The notes under the pieces were generated by a model. That model made no database searches. It saw only the letters and a list, made by a program, of their open reading frames with translations, and was not told where the DNA came from. From Alphaproteobacteria bacterium (GTDB taxonomy: Bacteria; Pseudomonadota; Alphaproteobacteria; CAAHEQ01; UBA3637), in contig JAZUQR010000027.1 in NCBI GenBank assembly GCA_045605805.1, forward strand, positions 32,001 to 96,000: a stretch of DNA of 64,000 nucleotides, written 5' to 3'. Within the stretch, counting starts at the first letter, position 1; the number at the start of each line of letters is the position of its first letter. The position numbers and the translations under genes are program-made. Below, in pieces: positions 32,905 through 41,818 of the stretch.

Positions 32905-33591
32905 ATGAACTTTGAAAACAGACCCTTAAAAAATAAACTACATAAAAACAAAAGGCGTTCCGAATCCAGCACAAGATGGTTGCAACGCCAATTAAATGAT
33001 CCCTATGTAGCCGAAGCTCATCGCATGGGATTCCGAGGGCGTGCCGCCTTCAAAATACAACAGTTAAACGATAAGTTTCACTTTTTCAAAGCGGGCAAAC
33101 GGGTGGTAGATTTAGGATGTGCCCCTGGTGGATGGACACAGGTGGCCGTAAAAGCCGTACATTCAACCGAACAAAACCCACTGGTTGTTGGAATGGATTT
33201 ATTACCCACAGCCCCTATTGTGGGGGCCAAAATGGTACAAATGGATTTTACAAGCGAACAAGCCCCTGCTGTTTTACAAGAACTTTTAAGCGGCCACAAA
33301 GCCGATATTGTGATGAGTGATATGGCCGCCAATACCACAGGTAATCACGCCACAGACCACCTGCGTATTATGAATCTGTTAAAAATGGCCTATGACTTTG
33401 CCACCAAAGTTCTCAACCCCAACGGAGTCTTTATCGCCAAGATTTTCCAAGGAGGTACAGAAAACACTTTTTTGGCCCAAATGAAACGAGAGTTCAAAAC
33501 CGTCAAACATGTCAAACCGGATGCAAGCCGCAAAGATTCCTCCGAGTTTTATGTTGTCGCAATGGGCTTTAAGGGGACACATGAAGATTGA
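32905..33591 (+). CDS. rlmE: 23S rRNA Um2552 methyltransferase
   Basis: WLQRQLNDPYV, DLGCAPGGW, SDMA and KPDASR..S.E.Y. Confidence 0.95.
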   Translation: MNFENRPLKNKLHKNKRRSESSTRWLQRQLNDPYVAEAHRMGFRGRAAFKIQQLNDKFHFFKAGKRVVDLGCAPGGWTQVAVKAVHSTEQNPLVVGMDLLPTAPIVGAKMVQMDFTSEQAPAVLQELLSGHKADIVMSDMAANTTGNHATDHLRIMNLLKMAYDFATKVLNPNGVFIAKIFQGGTENTFLAQMKREFKTVKHVKPDASRKDSSEFYVVAMGFKGTHED

Positions 33592-34543
33592 GCAAATCCA
33601 AAAAGCAATTCAAGAATTATTACAACAAATTGATGCGACAACAAAGCCGGCAAACGAGGTTATCAATGCCTATACCCGCTCCAGAAGGTATATCGGCTCA
33701 AAAGACAGAAAAACCATCACACAAAGCGTTTGGAATACATTAAAACAACGCCCCACACCCGATTGGATAAAAAAACTTATCCCCCAAAAAGAACTGGACG
33801 CCATGCAAAGCGAAGCACAAACAATTTTACGAACCAACGGTAATCGGGAAGACATTCAACAAAAACTTAAAACAGAAGGCCTGAACACAACACCAACCCC
33901 ACTATCACCCATCGGATTGATTTTAGAAAAACGCACCAACCTTCAAACAAATCCCTCTTATCAAACAGGATTGATTGAAGTGCAAGATGAAGGCTCACAA
34001 TTGATTGCTTTGGCAACGAAGATTCAGCCCAACGACAGTGTGTTGGATTATTGTGCAGGGGCAGGTGGTAAATCCTTATGCTTTGCCCAAATGATGAACA
34101 ATCAAGGCAAAATAGTGGCACACGATATTTCAAAAATAAGCCTGAACGAACTTCACAAACGGGCCAAACGAGCAAACGCAACACTGATAACAACTACCTT
34201 AAAACCATCAGGATTATTTGACCATGTGGTGGTGGATGCCCCCTGTTCCGGCTCTGGCACATGGCGCAGAAATCCGGACGGTCGCTTAAAATTGACACAA
34301 GAACAATTGAAAAAGATCATTAAAACCCAACAAATGATTTTGGAACAAGCCTGTCAATTGGTGAAAATAGGCGGAAAATTGCATTATATGACTTGCTCGG
34401 TGATAGAACAAGAAAACCAAAAACAAGCCCAATGGTTTGTGAAAAAATATCCAACCTTTCAATTAAAACATCACCAACAATGGACACCGGCCACAACAAA
34501 CACCGATGGGTTCTTTTTGGCCACCTTTGAAAAAATAAAATAA
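33581..34543 (+). CDS. RsmB/NOP2-family RNA m5C methyltransferase
   Basis: EVQDEGSQ, DYCAGAGGKS, DAPCSGSG, TCS and DGFF. Confidence 0.88.
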   Translation: MKIEQIQKAIQELLQQIDATTKPANEVINAYTRSRRYIGSKDRKTITQSVWNTLKQRPTPDWIKKLIPQKELDAMQSEAQTILRTNGNREDIQQKLKTEGLNTTPTPLSPIGLILEKRTNLQTNPSYQTGLIEVQDEGSQLIALATKIQPNDSVLDYCAGAGGKSLCFAQMMNNQGKIVAHDISKISLNELHKRAKRANATLITTTLKPSGLFDHVVVDAPCSGSGTWRRNPDGRLKLTQEQLKKIIKTQQMILEQACQLVKIGGKLHYMTCSVIEQENQKQAQWFVKKYPTFQLKHHQQWTPATTNTDGFFLATFEKIK

Positions 34544-34589
34544 GCCGCCTTGATTAAGACGACTTATTTATAAGGTTTAGCTTAAATCG

Positions 34590-35597
34590 TTAAAACACAG
34601 CCTTCACAACCGCAGATGCCCCATACATGTGCATTGGTTCACTAAACGGTTTGCGTGCATTCAATTGAAGCCCAAGCACAAGGTTTTTGTACGGATAAAC
34701 ATCCAACCCCACATTCCATTGAGCATTAGACCCTTCAGATTTTTGGACGTTAAAGTCAATAGCATACCACTTGCTTGGTTGGATATACAGCCCTGGATTG
34801 TAATAATAACCATGCTCATCCACCCAATCTTTTTCTGTATGACTTGGATCAATAAAGGTTTTGGTATGATCATAAGTGTATGAAGCCGTTAAATAACCCG
34901 TGAACCACCCCCAAGTAGACCCAATAGTAGCCGTTGGTGCCCACGACCAACCAGTCACCCGTTCCACTCGTGAGCCATGTTTGGTTTTTTCACGATGCCA
35001 TGTTCCATCCACCCCAACAAACAAATCAAAATGGCAATAATCCGCCAAATGATAGTTAGTACTGACAGTCACATCATACCCGCTTAAATGCGGCACAGGG
35101 CGTCCCTCTGCAGCCACATATTGATCTGTCTTTGGTGTTGTATATTTCTTACCGCCAAAGGCCTGAATTGTCCAACGATCGGTAATACCATAGGCCATAC
35201 GCATATAGGCCTGCCAACCACGATATTCACCTATATCAATTGGGCCGATTGCATCTTGCCCGATCTTGCGTTTAGGTTCCTTAAACACCCCAGCCACTTC
35301 TTGTGCCGAAATCTGACCTTTTTTCAACACAAACAAGGGGTTGCGAATCCCCAATTCATGATTGCTTTTGCACGAACTTTTTGCCTCTTTCTTCACAGGA
35401 GCCACAGTCTGAGCGCACGCCTCACACAAAGGTTTTGGTTCTGGAACAGTTGTACTTGTATATGAAGTTGTCCGACAACTTGTACAAGCCGGCACTTGAT
35501 ATTGAACCGTTGTGGTTTTAACAGTACCAACTTCCTGAGCCTGTGCCATCACAGAAACACCCATCAAAGCCGAAGTAAATAAGAACATTGTTTTCAT
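34590..35597 (-). CDS. Putative outer-membrane beta-barrel protein
   Basis: Signal peptide (..MAQA), amphipathic beta strands and terminal Phe (VVKAVF). Confidence 0.6.
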   Translation of the reverse strand: MKTMFLFTSALMGVSVMAQAQEVGTVKTTTVQYQVPACTSCRTTSYTSTTVPEPKPLCEACAQTVAPVKKEAKSSCKSNHELGIRNPLFVLKKGQISAQEVAGVFKEPKRKIGQDAIGPIDIGEYRGWQAYMRMAYGITDRWTIQAFGGKKYTTPKTDQYVAAEGRPVPHLSGYDVTVSTNYHLADYCHFDLFVGVDGTWHREKTKHGSRVERVTGWSWAPTATIGSTWGWFTGYLTASYTYDHTKTFIDPSHTEKDWVDEHGYYYNPGLYIQPSKWYAIDFNVQKSEGSNAQWNVGLDVYPYKNLVLGLQLNARKPFSEPMHMYGASAVVKAVF

Positions 35598-35668
35598 AAA
35601 AAATCCTTTCCCCAAATTAAACATTATCTTCATTGTACACTTTTTTGAAAAATAGGCAAGCCCTTATA

Positions 35669-37435
35669 TCACTTTTTTTTATTTTTTTTGAACGAAGCAA
35701 ATAAAGTCTTTTTTTTAACGCCTGCCGGATCCACATCTACACCAACACCCGTCACAATACCATCTGTAATTTCATGAACAACCAATTGCACAGAATCCAA
35801 AGTCAAACGGTCACCTACATCCACATCATCAAACTCTTGTTCAAACAATTCAGCCACCGAATAATCACGAATCCCTTTATCCACAGTCAGCCCATACATC
35901 CATTCCAATTCGGAAAAAGTTGTTGTGGGAGCAATGGGAAAATCACCCAACGGTTTGTTTTGTCCAATACTTCCGCCACCAAAGAAATGGTCCAACAACG
36001 GCCGTTGCAATTCTGAAGAAACAAAAATATAAACTTTATCTCCCTTTTTGAATTGGCGCAAGCGAGCACCTGAGGGATAAGAAATCCCATTACGCACCAC
36101 CAATGTGGGTTTTGCCCATTTGGGCAAGCGTTCGCCACAAACCACAGGCGTTGTGTCTGTCAATTCATACAACACCAAAGAACTGTCTGTTAAATCCGGC
36201 AAATCAATTTCTGTTTTCACAGGGTCCTTTTCCAATTGAGGCAAGGTGACACCACACCAAGCCCCCACCATCGGCAAAGCAAACCCTTGCACAGCCAAAC
36301 TGATTAAAACCATCACAAAGATAATGTTAAAAATCTCATCGGCATAGGGCAAACCAAACACCATCGGAATCAAGGCCAACAAAATGCTTGTTGCCCCCCG
36401 CAACCCAACAAAAGCAATAAAAACCTTTTCTCCAAAACGATAGGCCTTAAATGGATATAACAAAATAAACACCATCAACGGCCGAGCTAAAAACATCAAA
36501 AAAACCGAAATAGCAAAAGCAGGTGCCCACACCTCAACCAATGCAGAAAAACTGACAAACAACCCTAAAATCACAAACATACTGATTTGGCTAAGCCATG
36601 TAAAAGTTTGTTGAAACTTGGAAATCTGGGCATAGGCTTGAATCCGACTGTTGCCCACCAACAAACCAGCAATGTATAAGGTTAAAAACCCACTGCCGCC
36701 CATCAAGTTGGAAACACCAAATCCAACCAAAGCCAATCCCAACACAAAAATCGGATACAAGGCTGCTTCCAAACGAAACCGATTGACCAAAAAATGAATC
36801 ACAGAACTCAATAAAAATCCAACGCCAGCCCCCACCAAAGCCTGAGTTGCAAACGAAGAAAAAATCATAGCCAACGAAACAGCCCCACCTTTCAAACTGT
36901 GTTGAAACAAAAGGGCAAAAGTCAAAGTCATAAAAATGGCCATAGGGTCATTTGTTCCTGATTCAATTTCCAAAGTAGATTTAACTCTGTCTTTCAAAGA
37001 AAGCCCTTTGGAACGCAATAAAAAGAACACAGCGGCGGAATCGGTTGAACTGATGATAGAGACAAGCAACAGAGCACTCAACCAAGAATAATCCATAAGC
37101 CAGATAACTAACGGCGCCAAAAACAAAGCAGTCAAGGCCACTCCAACAGTAGATAAAACAATAGACGGCCCCGCATCTTCCCGATAGTTTTTCATGGGAG
37201 TATGAAAACCACTGTCAAATAAAATCATCGCCAAAGCCACCGACCCAATAAAAAAGATAATTTTTGGATGTTGTAAAGATTGCAACACCTCAAAATTGCC
37301 TGCACCCACGCTTAAACCAATACACAAAAACAACAAAATCAATGGCACACCCATACGGGAAGACAATAAACTTGTTAAAATGCTTATTGTCAACAAAAGG
37401 CCCGCCAATAAAATCGGAAGATTTATAAAATCCAT
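35669..37435 (-). CDS. cvrA: K+/H+ antiporter NhaP2/CvrA
   Basis: ILFDSG, STDSAAVF, LEIESGTNDPMA and GLRGA, followed by TrkA-C/CorC-like tail. Confidence 0.9.
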   Translation of the reverse strand: MDFINLPILLAGLLLTISILTSLLSSRMGVPLILLFLCIGLSVGAGNFEVLQSLQHPKIIFFIGSVALAMILFDSGFHTPMKNYREDAGPSIVLSTVGVALTALFLAPLVIWLMDYSWLSALLLVSIISSTDSAAVFFLLRSKGLSLKDRVKSTLEIESGTNDPMAIFMTLTFALLFQHSLKGGAVSLAMIFSSFATQALVGAGVGFLLSSVIHFLVNRFRLEAALYPIFVLGLALVGFGVSNLMGGSGFLTLYIAGLLVGNSRIQAYAQISKFQQTFTWLSQISMFVILGLFVSFSALVEVWAPAFAISVFLMFLARPLMVFILLYPFKAYRFGEKVFIAFVGLRGATSILLALIPMVFGLPYADEIFNIIFVMVLISLAVQGFALPMVGAWCGVTLPQLEKDPVKTEIDLPDLTDSSLVLYELTDTTPVVCGERLPKWAKPTLVVRNGISYPSGARLRQFKKGDKVYIFVSSELQRPLLDHFFGGGSIGQNKPLGDFPIAPTTTFSELEWMYGLTVDKGIRDYSVAELFEQEFDDVDVGDRLTLDSVQLVVHEITDGIVTGVGVDVDPAGVKKKTLFASFKKNKKK

Positions 37436-37440
37436 AAAAC

Positions 37441-38460
37441 CTATTTCCTTGTCTGTTTCATCCGAGCTTTCAGTTGTTCAAGTTTATGGCTTGCCAGTGC
37501 AGTATCACGGCTGGTTGTTGATAAACGGTCATACATCCGTTGGATTTCCTTGTTCAAATAAGCCGTTTCAATTTTCTGGGTCAAGGTGCGTTTTGCAACC
37601 ACATCTCTTCCCTTAAAAATACGATCTTTTTTGGCCAAAATAGCCCGCACAGTTTCAGACGCATGAGTCCGTCTTTGTTCAATCACATAAGGTAAATCAT
37701 GCACAATGCGTCCCACAACTTCTGCCGCATGTTTTTTGTCCCGAATACGATTACGATAAGCCGAAATCATCCCAAAAGCCACTTCCATTTCAAAGACATC
37801 ATCCACAACAATAAAGGGCATCTGGTCCGCAAAGCCTTTAATGTTGATATCCTTCAAGTATTCCAACAAGTGATGGAAAAAACCGCCCACATTAAACAAA
37901 ATAAACGGTTTTGGTTCCAACAACCCATCTTGCATGGCAATACAATCATAAACAAGTTCATCCAAAGTTCCCAACCCCCCTGGGGCAAACACAACAAAAT
38001 CCGCCCCCAAAAGATGTTGTTTTCTTTCTTCCAAAGTATGGGAAACAATCACATCTGTCAATTCGTTCAAAACAGAATCATCATCGGGATAAAGGCGCTG
38101 ATAATGTTCTGTTGTAATGCCTTGAATCGGTTTAGCAATTTTTTTGTCTTTTTTGTGCCACACTTCCAAAACGCCTTGGGCCACAGCCCCCATAATCCCT
38201 CGGGAAGACAAACCAAAAGTCAATTGGTAATTTCGCCGACCAATAGCCTTACCAAGTAAAAACGCCTGTTCCACATACTCAGGATTATTACCGGAACGGG
38301 AACCACCCGCCACAAAAACCCGAATGGTTGTTTCATTTTTATCCAACTTAAAGTTTTCCGAATATTCAACAACCAAGGCCTTTTTTTGAGGCTTAAAATG
38401 TTGTGCTTTTCTGTCATGTTTGCCACTTTTGGAAAGGGCGGACTTATAATGTTTTGTCAT
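37441..38460 (-). CDS. LOG-family nucleotide phosphoribohydrolase-like protein with N- and C-terminal extensions
   Basis: G.MGAVA.G, ERK and PGGLGTLDEL motifs. Confidence 0.8.
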   Translation of the reverse strand: MTKHYKSALSKSGKHDRKAQHFKPQKKALVVEYSENFKLDKNETTIRVFVAGGSRSGNNPEYVEQAFLLGKAIGRRNYQLTFGLSSRGIMGAVAQGVLEVWHKKDKKIAKPIQGITTEHYQRLYPDDDSVLNELTDVIVSHTLEERKQHLLGADFVVFAPGGLGTLDELVYDCIAMQDGLLEPKPFILFNVGGFFHHLLEYLKDINIKGFADQMPFIVVDDVFEMEVAFGMISAYRNRIRDKKHAAEVVGRIVHDLPYVIEQRRTHASETVRAILAKKDRIFKGRDVVAKRTLTQKIETAYLNKEIQRMYDRLSTTSRDTALASHKLEQLKARMKQTRK

Positions 38461-38740
38461 AGCGTCTCCTTTTGTCTTAAAAAGAGCATACTACATCTAA
38501 AACAAGATAGCAACGACTTTTTATAAAAAAGCAGTGGATAATTTTATTCTATCAAACCATAAATCGCACAAGGCTTACCTGAATAAGCGGCCCATATACG
38601 GTCACCATAACAAGGCTGATACGAAAACTTGTCAAGTTGCTAATAAGTTTTTTCTTGCAGAAAAAGTGCTTGACTTTATCATTGTTTTATGTTCAACTGA
38701 AATTACCATAAACAGTTTAACAAAATAAAAGGATAGAAAG

Positions 38741-39955
38741 ATGGCTTTATTTTTTAATCGAACATCAAAAGAACCCAAAGTAATTCCATTAGGAAAAAGT
38801 AACAGTAAGTTAGTATCTTCTGGTACATCGGATGAATCTGCCCAAAAAATGTTTGATGCGTTGTTGGAAAAGGAGGATAAGGACTTTGAAAAGAATAGTC
38901 ATCCTTATTCCTATATTCAAGACCTTGAACAAACCCCTATCAGAGAGGTTAAATTGGATGGTCAAATGTATTACGTGTGTGCACGTTCCACAAATGCACA
39001 TATTGAGGCGGGGGATCCCAGAAATTCCCATGAAGTCAGCAATGACAAGAAATTGAGTTTATATGTAATGACACCTAATGGATCTATCATCAGATATGAT
39101 GAGAAGACAATAGATCCTGTTGATATCCACGATCATTCTGTATTAGATATCAACGAAATTAGAAAAAAGACAACTAATCAAGATTTAGCAGACGTTATAG
39201 ATAAATTCTTTTTGGTTACCCCAGAAGAACGCCAAGCATTTAACGCTGGTGAAAAACATCCCGATATGTATAGAAAAATTAACCCCAAAGATTTCGCCGA
39301 AGAAGTCAAGGGGTTTGCAGCATACCCTTATGATACACATTATACGCCACAATATTATGCAAAAAGCGCTCGAATTTCGGCACGTCCTGGTAAAGTGGGT
39401 GAAAAAATTACAACTGTGATGAAGGATGGACATAAGGAAACAACAAATACTGTTAAAAACGAAGGGGATATGGTGGCAACCAATCCAAATGGGGAACAAT
39501 ATATTATTGATGCCAAAACTTTTGCAAAGAAATATGAAATTGATCCCAAAAATCCCGACAAATATCGTCCAACGGGTGGGGCTCAAGAGTTTATGACCTT
39601 AGGGGAAAATGTCATGTTTAAAGCTCCTTGGGGTGAACAAATGATGATTAAAAAGGGTGGTGTTTTGAATGTTACCAACATGGATGACATTTATGGTATT
39701 CAACAAGCAGAATTCCAAGAAACATATGCTCCTTGCGACAAGGATGGAAATTTTTCACGTCAAAGTTTGCGTAAATTGCTTCGGGAAGCATATACTGCTG
39801 GTGAACGCAAGCATCTTGCTACTCAATTAAATCAAGGTGATGAAAAAAGAAATGCACGTGCAGAAGAGCTACACAAAATGCGTAAGACACGTGATGAATA
39901 TAATGTTGCCAAAGCAGCGCTAGCAGCTAGACGCGCTAAAACAGGCGGTGAATAA
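38741..39955 (+). CDS. Hypothetical protein with tandem PGDYG-like modules
   Basis: 404 aa; two related units (GDMVATNPNGEQYII..F..KY and GGVL..DDIYGI..F.ETY); composition differs from core genes. Confidence 0.6.
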   Translation: MALFFNRTSKEPKVIPLGKSNSKLVSSGTSDESAQKMFDALLEKEDKDFEKNSHPYSYIQDLEQTPIREVKLDGQMYYVCARSTNAHIEAGDPRNSHEVSNDKKLSLYVMTPNGSIIRYDEKTIDPVDIHDHSVLDINEIRKKTTNQDLADVIDKFFLVTPEERQAFNAGEKHPDMYRKINPKDFAEEVKGFAAYPYDTHYTPQYYAKSARISARPGKVGEKITTVMKDGHKETTNTVKNEGDMVATNPNGEQYIIDAKTFAKKYEIDPKNPDKYRPTGGAQEFMTLGENVMFKAPWGEQMMIKKGGVLNVTNMDDIYGIQQAEFQETYAPCDKDGNFSRQSLRKLLREAYTAGERKHLATQLNQGDEKRNARAEELHKMRKTRDEYNVAKAALAARRAKTGGE

Positions 39956-39968
39956 TACAAGTGTTTCA

Positions 39969-40000
39969 AAAATAACCCCACTTTCGGCTGGGGTTATTTT
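39969..40000. terminator. Bidirectional terminator
   Basis: aaaataacccca-ctttcggc-tggggttatttt. Confidence 0.75.
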
Positions 40001-40029
40001 TATAAGGGGAGGCATGCAAAAGTTCGATA
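39998..40029. repeat. Repeat X copy 1 (32 bp)
   Basis: ttttataaggggaggcatgcaaaagttcgata; 30/32 identical to 41509-41540. Confidence 0.9.
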
Positions 40030-40038
40030 CTGCGAAAG

Positions 40039-40186
40039 CAAAAATAATCCAGTGAATTATTTTTGTGCGCGAAGCAATGAAACACAATGAATTTAAGCGG
40101 TAGCGCAAAATGAATTGATGTCATCATTGCAAAGGCCAACGGGTAAACATAAAAAAAACCCCGAACAAATCGGGGTGTTATGGTGG
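40039..40186. repeat. Repeat Y copy 1 (hairpin plus 112-bp block ending in terminator and TGGTGG)
   Basis: 40075-40186 aligns without gaps to 41707-41818, 97/112 identities by manual count. Confidence 0.9.
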
Positions 40187-40294
40187 AGGGCAATGAACGA
40201 ATATCGAGCAACCCATTCGGTTGATTTAAAAGAATTGGCCTTCAAAATTCAAAACCTGTTTTAAGTTTATCACCCAGGGGAAAAAACTCTTCGA

Positions 40295-41209
40295 TTATCT
40301 CTGTAAAAAGTTCATTCCTTTTTGGATACACAACTCAGGTGTATTACTTTTTGCAGATAATTCTATTGTAATGGATGGAATATGTTGTTTTTCAAAATAA
40401 TCTCTTGCAGTTTGTCCCGATGGTATCAGGATTTTCTTTTGTCGTATCAAAGCTTTCAAGAATTTTTTAAGTGTTGATTGCTTTTTCAAAAGTAAAAATC
40501 CTTGTTTTTCACAACATTTAGAAAGCGGTGTATTTTTAAAATATCTGTTATAAATGACATAATCTTTTTGCGAAACTTCATCACCATGGATATCTATAAT
40601 TGCACAAATATTTGTGAACTGTGAGATTTGTTTTTTGATAGAAGTTAAAAGAGAGTTGTTTTGATTTGCCCAATCTCTATTTAAATCCACCCCACCTGGT
40701 GTTAATCTGTGATTTCTTTTTTGAATCCCCTCCTTATTCACATAGGGAAAAACAAGAAAAGAAAAATTATTTAAAAAAGTACTATCTGATGAGAGTGTTC
40801 TTAAAATACCTTCTAAAAAATAAAGCCCCATTGTTTCTGCTGGATGTTGTCCTGCCATCAACACAATAGTAGGTTTTTCTTCATTTCCTAAAAAGAAAGT
40901 ATTATTTCCTATTTTTTGAAACAAAGAACAAAACTTTTCCATTTTCGCTATATCATAGTTTGGAAACCAACATGCATACTTTGCGTTTTCAGATACAGAA
41001 AATAAAAATGACTTCCCATCATAATGTCCTGGTTGTAATCTTTTCCAAGTTTTTCCATCCATACTTTCAAAAGGTGCATAATCTATCCATCCCTTTTTAT
41101 AAGGAGAATCAGCAGCATTTATAATCTCTACTTTTTTTGTTCCTTCTTCTAATTTACAAAAAAAACTATGTTTTGTTGTTTTTTGTTCTTTTTCCAATAC
41201 AATTTTCAT
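40295..41209 (-). CDS. M14 zinc carboxypeptidase (cytosolic CP/M14D-like)
   Basis: GQHPAE (HxxE), N.EG, GVDLNRDW, IDIHGDE and TIE; very AT-rich. Confidence 0.85.
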   Translation of the reverse strand: MKIVLEKEQKTTKHSFFCKLEEGTKKVEIINAADSPYKKGWIDYAPFESMDGKTWKRLQPGHYDGKSFLFSVSENAKYACWFPNYDIAKMEKFCSLFQKIGNNTFFLGNEEKPTIVLMAGQHPAETMGLYFLEGILRTLSSDSTFLNNFSFLVFPYVNKEGIQKRNHRLTPGGVDLNRDWANQNNSLLTSIKKQISQFTNICAIIDIHGDEVSQKDYVIYNRYFKNTPLSKCCEKQGFLLLKKQSTLKKFLKALIRQKKILIPSGQTARDYFEKQHIPSITIELSAKSNTPELCIQKGMNFLQR

Positions 41210-41394
41210 TTATCTTCCTTTTGATATCGAGTCCAAAAAATGCTTTGCAATTTCTAAATCTTCTTTTCTTTCTCTTTTATGAAAGAAAAATCCTGGATTA
41301 CACATTTCAAATTCTAAAACAGAAGGATGTCCAAATTTTCCTAAATATTCCAAATGTTTTTTATTGTTTCTTCATTTTTCATTAGAAAAATCAT
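41210..41394 (-). pseudogene. Small ORF interrupted by a -1 frameshift at A-AAA-AAC (about 61 aa if joined)
   Basis: AAGGAGG plus ATG at 41394; frame 0 stops at 41341; the -1 frame is open to TAA at 41210, abutting the M14 ATG. Confidence 0.5.
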
Positions 41395-41508
41395 AATAAC
41401 CTCCTTTTAATATAATTTACTTCTAATTATTATGATAGCATGAAGCCTTTTTTTATGCAAGAAAAAATCTCAGAACTCACAGTGGACTTGAATTCGTGTA
41501 AGTGCTTG

Positions 41509-41540
41509 TTTTATAAGGGGAGGTATGCGAAAGTTCGATA
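41509..41540. repeat. Repeat X copy 2
   Basis: ttttataaggggaggtatgcgaaagttcgata; its aaagttcgat (41530-41539) pairs with atcgaacttt (41576-41585). Confidence 0.9.
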
Positions 41541-41641
41541 GTTCACGGATTTTGACGTTTTTTCGCCCCTCAACAATCGAACTTTCCACAATGCTTTCAA
41601 ACAAAAGAAAAAGCCACCGTTTGCACGATGGCTTTTAATCT

Positions 41642-41656
41642 TGGTGGGCCCGGTAG
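41642..41656 (-). repeat. att-like duplicate of the tRNA 3' end
   Basis: tggtgggcccggtag is identical to 41813-41827 and is followed on the minus strand by a terminator-like hairpin at about 41609-41636. Confidence 0.85.
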
Positions 41657-41668
41657 AGCAAGCGTCAG

Positions 41669-41818
41669 CAAAACATCCATTGAGTTTGGATGTTTTGTAG
41701 CGTAGCCAATGAGACACAATAAGTTCAAGTGGTAACGCTGAACGAATTGATGTCGTAATTGCAAAGGCCAACGGGCGGACATAAAAAAAACCCCGAGCAA
41801 ATCGGGGTGTTATGGTGG
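41669..41818. repeat. Repeat Y copy 2, including the tRNA terminator
   Basis: Matches copy 1; ccccga-gcaaa-tcgggg hairpin with an A run at 41783-41806. Confidence 0.9.

Noticed and set aside
39966-40211. 81-aa ORF similar to the 109-aa ORF at 41511-41840 (TITPRF.RGFFYV..)
   Set aside because: The similarity is simply the translation of non-coding repeat Y. The ORFs run through terminators, and the second overlaps the tRNA.
40181-40260. Possible second tRNA or tmRNA (CCTCCACCA on the minus strand)
   Set aside because: No T-arm, anticodon arm or acceptor pairing beyond the terminal few bases.
39998-41818. CRISPR array (32-bp repeat X)
   Set aside because: Only two copies about 1.5 kb apart, no regular spacers and no cas genes.
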